This document shows positions 14,000-25,043 of a DNA stretch of 64,000 nucleotides, piece after piece. Position 1 is the first letter of the stretch. Each line of letters begins with the position of its first letter. This DNA comes from Camelus dromedarius. Its lineage: Eukaryota. The notes under the pieces are model-generated. The model had not been told where the DNA came from and ran no database searches. It saw nothing but the letters and a program-made list of their open reading frames with translations. The stretch spans positions 83,082,001 through 83,146,000 of the forward strand of contig NC_087436.1 in the NCBI RefSeq assembly GCF_036321535.1, in the 5' to 3' direction. A program made the position numbers and the translations under genes.

Positions 14000-14570
14000 A
14001 TACTCATCTCTGTTGTTTAAAGACGTCCCAGCACATACCAATCTCTTTTCCTGCTTCTCTCAGAGTAAAAGCCAAACCTTTACAATCTATACCCCCCCAT
14101 CTACTTCTCTGGTCTCATTTTCCCCTTACCAACTGTAATGCAGCCAGACCTATCTCCTCGTTACACCTCAAACAGACACACATTGACCCACCTCACAGCC
14201 TATGCCCTAGATGCTCCTTTTGCCTAGAAAGTTCTTCCTCTATTTTTTTTTTTTTAATCTATTTGACTCATTCTTTCACTTCCTTCAAGTTTTCTGGTGA
14301 GGCCTACCCTGACTTCCCAACTTAAAATTGCAGTTCCTCCTACTAGTATTCGTGATCTGCCACATCTTACCTTTGTTGACAGCACTTATCACCTTCTAAC
14401 GTATTATGCAATTTCCTTATTTACTATGCCTGTTTTTCTCTTTCTACTAGAATATAAGCTCTATGAGGGCATGAATTTTTATTTGCTTTTTTCATTGCTA
14501 TAGCCTTAGCACCTGTAACTGTGCCTGGTGTACCAGTAGGTACTTGATAAAGTGTATTAATCAATTCACA
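14000..14570 (+). mobile_element. LINE-2 3' fragment
   Basis: CTAGAATATAAGCTCTATGAGGGCA...GTGCCTGG...TAGGTACTTGATAAA matches the L2 3' end. Confidence 0.75.
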
Positions 14571-16406
14571 AATTTTCACAAGAATATATTCATGTATTTT
14601 TTGCATATTTTTAAAATCAAAGATATCCACCAATCTCACAAACAAAAAGTCAGAATAAAATGTGTGAGGACCTCTCAGGTTCTATGAAACAAGGTTTTAA
14701 AACCTCTGGTTCAAAGCTAGTAAATTAGATAAAACTTATGGGAAGGAAGGTTTTAAATGAAAGCTCTTCTACTGACTTAGGTACACTATCTAACAATGCA
14801 GATTATCCTACCCTGGAATTTTTTTTTTTTAAACAACTAGGAATAAACCAACCATTCCCAGGAACTTCTGTGAAATCCCCAGCTTCGTCTTTAAAAAGAG
14901 AAAGAACCAGTGAAGATCCCTTATTTCTTATAAGGGAAGCTCTGTGCCAAAGTGAAGAGTTGTAGCATGTCTATTAATTCTTGGGGACCTCCTTTATCTT
15001 TCTTATATCCCTAAGAATGTAGATGGAATTTAATCCCCAGTCCTGTTTGAGCAGATATTAAACTCATTGGAACAGGGAAGTGAGAAAGGTTTCAAACAGC
15101 CAGCTTCATCCCCTACTTCAAAGAGCAGTGAAGTCTGTTAGCCAAAGAAGACTTTTATCAGAATCCGCAGCATGGAAGTGGGGAGGAAGCCAACCCAAAT
15201 TAACAAGGCTGGGAGGTTGGGAAGGTGGTCCCCAGGCAAATATTTTGCCACCTGTTCTTCCCCTGGCTTTCACCATCCCTCAGTGCTCTGAGAGGCACTA
15301 ACAGAGAGCACTTCTTAGCTTAGCCATTTGAAAATGATTGAAGGGCCTTTGATATTATCCCAAACTTGTTTTGTTTTCCATCCTGTGATGATTTATAAGG
15401 AAATCTTCAGAATTCTCTACAATGAATCCATGAAAATTTATGATAATCTATTCCTATGTTCCAAGTTATGGAAAAGTTGCTCCAAATTTTCTTTTAGGTT
15501 TAGAAGCCAACTGAAGGCTTAGCGATCGTTTACAAAGAGTCAAAAGTCTATGTTCCATATCTTAGTACCAAGACTCACAACGATTATTTATAAATCCCTC
15601 AGCATTCGTAGTTTGGATTTATCACTTTGCCAGTTGTATTATAAATGTCTCAGAGTGAAGGGCCACATCTTAGGCTTTTGCAGTCCCATAGTTTGGTGCT
15701 GTTCACATGGTAATCATTCAACCAAGGTTTATAATCAGCACTATAAACCAAATGATACTATAAACTGAGCCTATGAACATTACTTAGAATAAAATCACAC
15801 TTGTGGTGGAATATGAAATTCCAAATCTGCTTCCATGGCTGTTTTTGAATTTTAAAAGCCAAACACCACAACAGTGACAGATTTTCCTTGTGAACTCTTC
15901 ATACTTGTTATGTACTGAACTAGTGACACAGGAAGCTCTAGGAGTGGGAAGCCCAAATTAAAGCAACCATTTTTACTGGGAAGACCAGCCCCATCTTTCT
16001 TTATTGCCTCGCACATTTGTGTGGCTATTAATAAATGTTTAGACTTCAAGAAATCCAGGTACAATCGTTTGTGACTGGTGCCTTGGTCAGCTCCATAGAA
16101 AAGAGAGACTCTCAGGAGGACAGCAATGCCTGGTTTTCCATTTTTTTTCCATAAGGCTGAAGATCCTGACAACAAATGCAGCAAATTGTATATATTTACA
16201 TAATTATGCACTTGTATGTTTGTATAGCTTATGTAACAGGGAAGGCAAGGGAAAGTGTCATAAAGCAAGGAGATACTTAAAAGTATTAAAAATCAGACAC
16301 AACCAAAGTGCCCCACAAAAGGGGAATGTGACAAATGGTGGTATGTGATACCATAGTCATAAAAATTAATAAGTGTGTGGACTACATTGATACATGGCAT
16401 ATGAAC

Positions 16407-17012
16407 TGTCTGGGGAGGAAAAAATTTTTGTTCTACCCTCTGAGGTTGAGTTAATGTGGACCTGTGAATTTAACTGACAAAAGACAAATTAACAGGAGAA
16501 AAAAGCCTTATTCATAAGGAGGTAGCTAGTAGCTAACTAGTTAAAGTTAGAGGCTTATCTACCTAATTTATAGCTTTTGTTTTTTAATCTACCTAATTTA
16601 GTAGGGGAAAAAAGGGAGATGGAGAAAAGCCTTATCCGGAAAGAAGAAGAAAGTTTCTCTAGGAAAGATAAATGGATTTTTAGGAGAACAAATGAGATAA
16701 GAAAGATTGTGATAATACTTGTTTCTGAGTGTACAAGTGGTCTTTCCCATCTTCTTCACGGCCATGAAACTCCCAGAGGCAGGATTATCATAAGTTTACT
16801 TTTGACCCCTCTCCTAGGAGTAAACCCATCCTGAAGAGGAAATTTATGACAGCCTTATTTCTCAGAAGTTTCTGCTCTTAGTCAGATAAGGGAAGCACTG
16901 AGATGGCTTCTTTCTGCATCTGTTGATTTGCAGTTGCCTACAGTTCAAAATCATCCTTATGTCAAAGGGGGATATTTGGGGCAGGGAGAGGGGTATATTC
17001 TGACCCCCTTCA
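16407..17012 (-). mobile_element. Solo ERV1-type LTR (MER34-like)
   Basis: TG...CA termini; its reverse complement resembles the LTR at 54892-55390. Confidence 0.65.
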
Positions 17013-18499
17013 GTATAAAGTTATATTAGGTGAATAAAATCAGAACTAAAACAACAGAATGCATTCACTGATTTTTAAATATAAGAAAGTATGCATGAAC
17101 ATGGCAGAGATCAGAAATTAGCTTGGAGAAAAGAAATTAGGGTTTTAATAATTATTATTAAGTTTCTTATGCTATAAATTTACTAACATTCATAGACATC
17201 AGTCATTGTTTAAGTGAGTGAGGGAGAAATATGAGAAGAAGAAGAAATGCAGTCAGGCAGGGAGAGAGATAGTAAAAAGAAGAAAAACAGTAGAAAGGTA
17301 GTGGGAGGGGAAAAAAGAGAGAGAAAACATTTACTGAAAAGAAAAATGACACCTAGAGAGACAGGAATTAGTGGCAGGAAAAAGAATATACTACTTTGTA
17401 CAGTTTGTAAGTTGTGTATTAGCTATTTATGTCTCTCAACAATCCTAAGTGGTATTATCATCCCCATTTTACAAACGATGAAACTGAGTCATTTGTTAAA
17501 TAACTGGGTGGAATAACTTGCTCAGTGGTTCAGGTAAGGAGGGCAGCATTCAGGCAACTCCACCTTCCACACGCCGAGCACTCTGCCCCGACGCCTCTTA
17601 GGCAGACATGTCAACATTTCAGAAGGTTAAGTTTTCATCATCCTCTGAAACAGTGACAAATGATTCAGCAACTTAACATAGATCTTTCTGACATCTAAAA
17701 CATTTTTTTGCCTTTATTTTGATAAAGTATATTTTTGAAGTAATTATTTCCCCAAGAAATTCTAAAGCTTTCCATCTTTGGAGAAAAGGCAGTGCCCTTC
17801 CCTCTCATCTACACCATCCTCAGCACATTCACTCCTCCCTTCGTTTATCCGACAAGCTCAGTGCCCTGTGGCAGGATTGTGACAGGTGCTGTGTGCATGT
17901 GGGTGTGTAAAACCACCTGGGCTTCTGTCCTCAAAAACTGCACAGTGGCCTATGGGGTACAGCTTGGGACAATTCCTGCTTTGACATCTAACAAACTGCG
18001 TGATCTTGAAAACAAGAGCTTTTACTGTTAGTAAACCTGATGCTACTCTTCTCTGACTTTACGAATTGGAACTTTGGGTCAGGGATTCTCTCTGATGAAC
18101 CTGGCTTTAGGCTTTGGCCGTAGACAAGCCTCTCACTTCTCTTTGATCCTTAAAAGTAACGTTTAGCATCAGAGAAATAGCACAAAGTAAAGATGTTCTT
18201 GGCAGGACCTATGAAGATCATTAGACTTGGATCTTACAACATTATCCATTGTTTCTTATCTCAAGCACCACTGTCATACTTTCTCAGCTGTATGAGCCTA
18301 ACTTGCTAGAACCAACTGAACAGGATCTTACAGGTGCTGGGTCCACCTAGCCACTTTGTAATTGAAGAAATCTGAGAGTTTCAATTCCTTTAGTAACACT
18401 GCGATTTTAACTCTTTCCATGATTCATCATTTTGGAAGGCTGTACTGTCAAGTGTTAAGATAAGACTCGGGAATGCGATAATAACTTCTCTATTTTAAG

Positions 18500-19660
18500 G
18501 ATGTCATTCATGCATTCCAAACTTTACTGAACGCCCACTGTGCTGTTAGGATTATCTATCAAAAAGACCTAGTCCCTGCCCTCGAGGAATTCACAGTCTA
18601 AAGATGAAGAAGTGGGGGAAACAAACAGTTATGCTGTAGGGTAGTAAGTGTTAGTATAAAAGTAAGTATTGAATGACTTAGGAATAAAAGGGAGACTTTT
18701 AGACTGGAGGAGCATCAGAATAAACATTCCATGGAAAATAACATCTGAGCTTTGAAGTTCACCTGGAAAGAAGTGGGGCAGTGTGTTACAGGGAGAGAGG
18801 AAAACATACATCAACTGGGATAAAGCTTAAGAAGAAAGATCAGAAGTAGAAAAAATTACACTGGAGTTGTGGCAGGGAATGGACCAAGGTTCTCTTGTGC
18901 AATGCTAAAGTTTTACTTTATCTAGGAGGTGAGACTGAAAGAACGCATACATGAGTGTGTGGTGATCACCATGTGGAGAATGGACGAGGGGTGACCCTGA
19001 AGGCAGGGAAATGAGTTGGGAAACCATCGTGTTCATTGGATCTAGGGAAACACCAGTGAGGATAGAGCAGAGGAGAAAATTACAGCTGCGAAGGAGGAAA
19101 GGGGTCTGTCTGAGTGGGAGACACTGCCTTTCAACAAGATGGGCAGACTAGAAGGACTGGTTTGGGTGGGAATTCCATTTTGGATATGTTGACTTGTTGC
19201 CTACAGGAACTCTGAACAGACATTTCCAGTCCATGTCTGGAGAGTTGAGTGTGGCGCTCAGGAGAGAAATCTGGGCTGGGAGTACAGTTGTTATTAGCAT
19301 GCAGGTGATGGGTGGAGTCACGAGAATGTATGGGCTCGCACAAGGAGAGTACACAGTGAGAAGAGGGTTGATGGTATACCTGGGAACACCACCAATCAAA
19401 GGGCAGGAGACTAAGAAGCAGTTGCTGGATATTTAGACGGAAAAACAGAAAAGTGGTGGCAGGAAACCCTTAAAAGAGGAGACTATTTCAATGGGAGAGA
19501 ATTAGCCAGGAATGCTGAGTGTAGAAGAGATGTCAAATAAGATAAAAACTAAAAAGAATAACTATACTTATCCAATAGGAGGCCACTATGGGCCTCTGGG
19601 AGAGATGTTTCACTGATGTGGTGGAGTCAAGCAGTGGAATGCAATAAATGAGACATGGGC
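18500..19660 (-). mobile_element. LINE-2 fragment, antisense
   Basis: Starts with a CATTCATGCATTC tail, followed by purine-rich antisense L2 sequence. Confidence 0.7.
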
Positions 19661-20479
19661 AAGCAGGAGCCTCAAATACAGTCAAGAATGTGGTCTGAGT
19701 TTAGTTACCTTTTGTCTTGGTCGTGGTCTTAGTCTTGCTATGCCTTTACTATGTCCTCTCCTTCTTCCCTGACACATTTTTAAATTATTCAGTTCTTCCT
19801 GGTTTCTAATGAACAGCTGCAGCATTCTCAGGGTCCTTCTGGAATTTTTTTCCACCTAATTATTAATGTATAAGTACTTACTAACCTTACCTGACTTTTG
19901 CACTGGAAAATAATTAACTTTGGGATGAAGTAGGGCTGGATTTGAATCCCCAGCCAGCACCCTCATGAAGCTGCTTTTTGTACTTTGTTACTTGCTAGAG
20001 TTTGGGTCTGTAAAGAAATCCTCTTAAACTAGCCATGGATTTGAATTGAGACTGCTGGGACGAAGGCAGTTCTTCCCTCTACTTCTCCCTGGAGAAGTGT
20101 CTCCTCCCTGCAAAGTCAACAGTGTGCACCTTATCCAGAAATGGTCACTACAGTTGACACCATCTCTCAAACCTAGCTCTTCCCATCATAGAGCTATAGA
20201 GCCCAGCCATTTCTTATTAATATAGATTTTTTAAGAGAGAATCTGATTGGTTGTGGACTAAAGATTGACTCTTATTCAGGATCCTGTCGTCCAAATAGCA
20301 AAAGTGTCCCGTGAGACACACGTGGCCACCAAGGCCGCACATTTTAGCAACAGATACTAACAGGCCATTCCTGGGACTGAGGGTTTGAGCTGGACGGAAA
20401 CGCCTATAGGATCTCAGACAAATCCCTCCATTTTTTCAGTCTTATCTGCGAAATGGAGTTGATACTTAAGTGGATACTG

Positions 20480-21300
20480 GGTAGTGCTGCCCAGAACCTA
20501 CCTCCCAGGACCGAAGGAACCACAGTATCCCTTTGGCTGCGGGGACCCTGCTAGGGGACAGCTCTCATCTGCTCTCCTCTCCAGGAATCTCCCCAGGCAG
20601 AAGAGCGCCTCCTGGCCGCCAACGGTCACGTTCGCTTCCCAAAGACAGTCGGCCTCCAAAAACTTGTGGACGTTGGGATGTAAAGGCCAGTTCCGCCAAG
20701 CCCAACTGGGCGCGCAGAAGAAGGAAAGGCCGGGAGGAGGCGGGGCGGGCGGGCGAACGGCTCGGCGGGCGCTTCTCTCGCTTTGGTGCCTGAGGCGAGT
20801 TTCTGCCCCGGTCCGGCCCGGCAGCCGTGGGGGAAAAGGAAGGGACGAAGGAAGGAATGAGAAAAGAAAATAAACGAGAAAGGGGGACGGGAAGGGCAAC
20901 TAGCTTTTCGGACCTGTTTTCAGGCGCAGCGAGGTAGGGTCTCCGCCAGGCCCTCCAGAGGCGCAGCCGCCAGACCAGTGGAGCAGGGTCGCGGGACCAG
21001 GGCGCGCGGCGGGGGTGGGGCAGGGGATGAGCAGGGCGGGCGATGCGGGGGCGGGGAGATGCGCGGGGAGTGGGATCCTGGGACTCAGCTCTGTACCCCT
21101 CCCCCACCCCCAGAGCGAGGGGAGCGCCGCCCACCACTTTCCCCATCTCTGCCTGTGGAGCTCTGGCACCAGGCTGCTAGAGGTGTACCTTGTCGGGGAG
21201 ATAGAAACCCGGAACACCGGGGAGCAGCTGTATTTGCCGCCTGGGGCCAAGCATCACGGTCCGTGGTGTTCAGTGGGAGTGTCCGCGCACTGGTGACAGG
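20480..21300 (-). promoter_or_regulatory. ABCG2: CpG-island promoter with a putative non-coding first exon ending at 20502; probably an upstream ABCG2 promoter
   Basis: Very GC/CpG-rich, clustered GC boxes (GGCGGGGCGGGCGGGCG near 20740), strong minus-strand donor GAG|GTAGGT at 20502/20501. Gene identity is inferred only from conserved ABCG2-PPM1K-HERC6 synteny; no ABCG2 coding exon is in the window. Confidence 0.55.
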
Positions 21301-21655
21301 ACTTAGAAGCACAGTGAAAGTGCTCCCTTCTTTTTTCTGTGCTCTGCATTAACTCTGATAAGAGTATTTTCTCTGGTTCTGGGTGCACGACCAGCACAGC
21401 GGCACAGGACCCAGCTCTTTGAGGGGCCCTTACTTGGTTTGGTGCTCTGGAGTTGCTGTCTTGAATAAGGGCCTGGCTTTTTCCTTTGGCACAAAATATG
21501 TAACTGGCTCTCCTTTTGGCCACCTGCCACCTAAGACATAGATCTCTTGGTCCTTGAAAGAACCTACCCTTGACATGTGACCAAAGGCTTAGGGACCTCA
21601 GGGGTTAGATATCTCTTGGCGCCAAACATCTTTGCTTCACCTGTCCACATGAACA

Positions 21656-22160
21656 TGAGATGGGAAGCCCCATGAAAAAGAAGGCAAGGCAGGGCCACTA
21701 CCATCCTGCCAGCACCATTCGGTTCTCTGGCCCTACTGCATTATCTCACTTTTTAAACTCTGAAAGGGCTTACTTCTAGGAAAGCAGAACGTATCCCTAA
21801 GAATCTATTGGTTCCCTGAGCTAACTCCTGATTGGTCCATTTGCCTCAGTCCTGATTGGTCCATTTCTCTCACTCCTGATTGGTCCATTTCTACAAAGCT
21901 TGTTCCAAATTAGTCACCTTTGTTATACCTTATTTGCATATGATGTTACAAATGTTGCAAAGTCTAGACTGGTAGCCTATAAAAGCCTGTGTAAACCTAC
22001 AGATGGGGTCCAGAGCTTGGAGTGTTAATTCCTCTGGGCCCACTGGTATAATAAACCTGAGTTCTCTAATCCTCCAAGTGCTGTTTGGTCTCCCACCTGG
22101 ATCCAGGTTGCTATCACAACTGACCTATAACACTGAGCTGTAACACACTTCGCTGCAACA
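21656..22160 (+). repeat. 5' LTR (505 bp)
   Basis: TGAGA...CAACA; three 24-bp ATTGG (inverted CCAAT) units, CTTTGTT SOX-like site, ATTTGCAT octamer, TATAAAA near 21978, AATAAA near 22050. Confidence 0.95.
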
Positions 22161-22164
22161 TTTC

Positions 22165-22182
22165 TGGAGGCCCCAGTGAGAT
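22165..22182 (+). promoter_or_regulatory. Primer-binding site complementary to tRNA-Thr
   Basis: TGGAGGCCCCAGTGAGAT, 4 nt after the LTR; 17/18 match to the complement of the tRNA-Thr(UGU) 3' end TGGAGGCCCCAGCGAGAT (the mismatch is CpG decay). Confidence 0.8.
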
Positions 22183-23451
22183 TCCAACCACGCAGGCCCC
22201 TTGAGCTGCCGGGGAGGCGGAGCAACTGCCTGGAGGTCAGGAACTCCGAAAGTGAACAAGGAGGCGTGCCACCCGACAGTATTCCGGGTCCTCCTTCACG
22301 GAGGTGATTCAGTCCTCTGGGTGGCTGTGCCCCAACTGGACTCAGTGGAGGGACGGACCAACTCACCAAGCAACACGGCCGAACAAGATAGGAGCCCCGG
22401 GAAGCGTCTATATTTATGTTAGGGTATTCAGGTTCTGTCCAAGTGGACAGAAGGGGAGACTGATCACCTCCTCCAGGCTCCCCGTCTGATGGTATTCTGG
22501 ATGGGGAGATCAGGTCAGGCTTCCCGTCCAACGGTATTTTGGACAGGAAGATCAGGTTAGATTAGGGACGCCCCGGTGATAGGGAGAGGAATGTGCAAAT
22601 AATCTCTGTGTTTGTGTGAGTGTGTGTGCGGCCTGAAAAGCATGTGATCAGGTTTGAGTTTGTAGCTCCATGGCATTCTGCTACGGAGTTCGAGTGAGTC
22701 CCAACCTGCGGTTCCATGATGATCTCATACAGCTCATGGCAGTATCGGCCCCTAGGGGTATTGATTGGAGTCAGCGGCTTATACTGACCTGCTAAAGCTA
22801 AGAGGCACCTTTGTCCCCGTTAGGGGAGCAGCCAGGCAGATGCAGCGAAAACCCTCCCTTTGTCTCATTTGCGACAACGGCACAGGGTGGCTACACAGGG
22901 AGGGAAAGGGACATAGAACAGCCTATAAGTAATGACCCCTGTGCCCTTGGGGACTAAAACGAGACTACTTTAAACAGCTTCAGACACGACCTTGTCACTA
23001 GTCCCCTAGAATATCCTGTCAAGATTAATAAACCAGCCTAAATACTACCCCTCTGTCTAAAATTAAAACCAAAAGACCTGAGCCAGAGGGAGCCACCCCA
23101 GGACTGGCTGGAGCCCTCTTTTAAGGTCTCCTTTTGCTCCATTTATTCTGCCACTGGCTGGCCATCCCGGCCTCATATTTTGTCAATTCAGGCTATAAAA
23201 AGACTCTACACAGGGACCCTTAGACCTTGTCCAGGCCTGGAAGAGCATCAGGGACAGCTGCCTAACATAAAACTATAACTCATTGGCAGCCCTTGCAGCC
23301 AAACAGATAGATATAAGGCCCAGTGAAGCAGCAGGCTTTTTGAAAACTCCACTGTTCTTGAGAAGTGGAAAAACAGATACTGGGGTCATAGTCCACAGTG
23401 CCAGAAGCAGACCCACGCCTATAGGCCATAAAAATCTGTCAACTGATAATA

Positions 23452-25043
23452 ATGGGAGCCTCAAAATCAAAGCTGACAGTTCTGGACTGCATGATTAAAA
23501 ATTTCAAAAAGGGTTTCTCAGGAGACTATGGGATTAAATTGTCACCAGGAAAACTGCGCAAGTTGTGCGAGTTAGGATGGTCATCTTTGGAGTGGGATGG
23601 CCCTCAGAACGCATACTCGACCTGCCAACTATCCGGGCCGTGTACCTAATAATTACTGGGACCCCAGGGCACCCCAACCAATTCCCACATATTGACTCTT
23701 GGCTAACAATCACCCAAACCTTGCCCCCATTGGTCCAGTTCTGCACAAATGGTCAGGGACAGTGTCGGATCCTCGTGGCCCAGACAGTAAAACTAAAAAA
23801 GGAAGGTGCAACGAAGCCAATCCTTCAGGGGGACCCTGAAAAATAACCAGCAATGCCCCTGCCATATATTCCTCCTTCTTCTATGGCTCCACCACAGCCG
23901 CCTCCACCTGCTAGCCCACCTCCATCTGTGTCCCCACTGCCACAACCCCAGGCTCCACGCCACAAACCCATAGGGAGGAGAGTTCGTTCATCTCAACAAG
24001 CCAACCAGCCAGCGACCGCCCTCCAGATGCCTCTCCGGGAGGCCCAAAGGCCCCAACATTTTAACGATGATAGCTCTGTACAGCCCGGCCACTCCATCCT
24101 GTACTACCAGCCTTTCAGTACAATGGACTTCCTGAACTGGTGACACCACACTCCACCGTATTCACAAAAACTCCAGGCCATGATTGACTTCCAAGAGTCC
24201 ATCTTCCAGATCCACCAGCTGACTTGGGATGACATCCATCAGCTGCTACTGACACTCTTCAATACTGAAGAAAGAAAGTGTATCATGACAGAAATTTTAA
24301 AAATGGCCACAAGAGCAGGCCCCAGAGAGAACCACGGATGCAGAAGGGTAGGCCCTAAATGCAGCCCCAGAAATGAGACCAAACTGGGACTTTAAACCCA
24401 AGATGGACGAGAGGCTCTGTGGACATATCAGAGAGCCCTCCTGCATGGGTTGCGAGCCGGGGCGAAGAAACCAACCAACATGTCTAAGACTATCACAGTG
24501 ATCCAAAAGCCCAATGAGTCTTCCGTGGACTTCTATGAGAGGCTATGTGAAGCTCTTTGGATCTACACCCCGTTTGACCCTGAAGCCCCTGAAAACCAGC
24601 GGAGGTTCAATGCTGCTTTCATAACCCAATCTTTCGCTGACATCCGCCAAAAACTTCAAAAACTGGAAAGTTTTGCTGGAATGAATTTCACTCAACTGCT
24701 GGAGGTGGCCAACAAAGTCTTCATAAACCGAGATCGCAAAGCCCAACAAGAAGCCAACAGACGGACAAAACAGAAAGCATCCCTGCTGGCAGCGGCACTA
24801 GGGAACTCTTACCCAAACTAGCATCCCACCCCATTGCGAAAAGGAGGCCCTGTGCGAGGCCCCCCCACGAGACAAGACCAATGTGCATACGGTAAGAAGG
24901 TTGGTCACTGGAAAAATGAGTATCCTTATTGCAGAGAAGCAAAAAATCTACCAAACAGAAAACCTCATGCGAGCAAAGAAAAGTACCGACCTGAGCCTCC
25001 TCTGAGGAACCGCATCGGATTGGCAGGGTTGGACTCAGATTAG
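23452..25043 (+). pseudogene. gag: ERV gag (MA, PPPY-like late domain, CA, NC), disrupted
   Basis: MGASKSK myristoylation start, NFKKGFSGDYG and GVGWPSE matrix motifs, PLPY, major homology region QKPNESSVDFYERL, decayed zinc knuckle CAYGKKVGHWKNEY, TAG-G readthrough-type stop; frameshifts and premature stops. Confidence 0.93.

Noticed and set aside
20484..21352. Overlapping 100-190 aa ORFs on both strands
   Set aside because: Pro/Arg/Gly/Ala-rich frames are expected from stop-codon scarcity in a CpG island; no domain is recognisable
22025..22531. 168-aa antisense ORF across U5, PBS and leader
   Set aside because: Non-ATG start, GC-rich leader, no motif; no support without a family consensus
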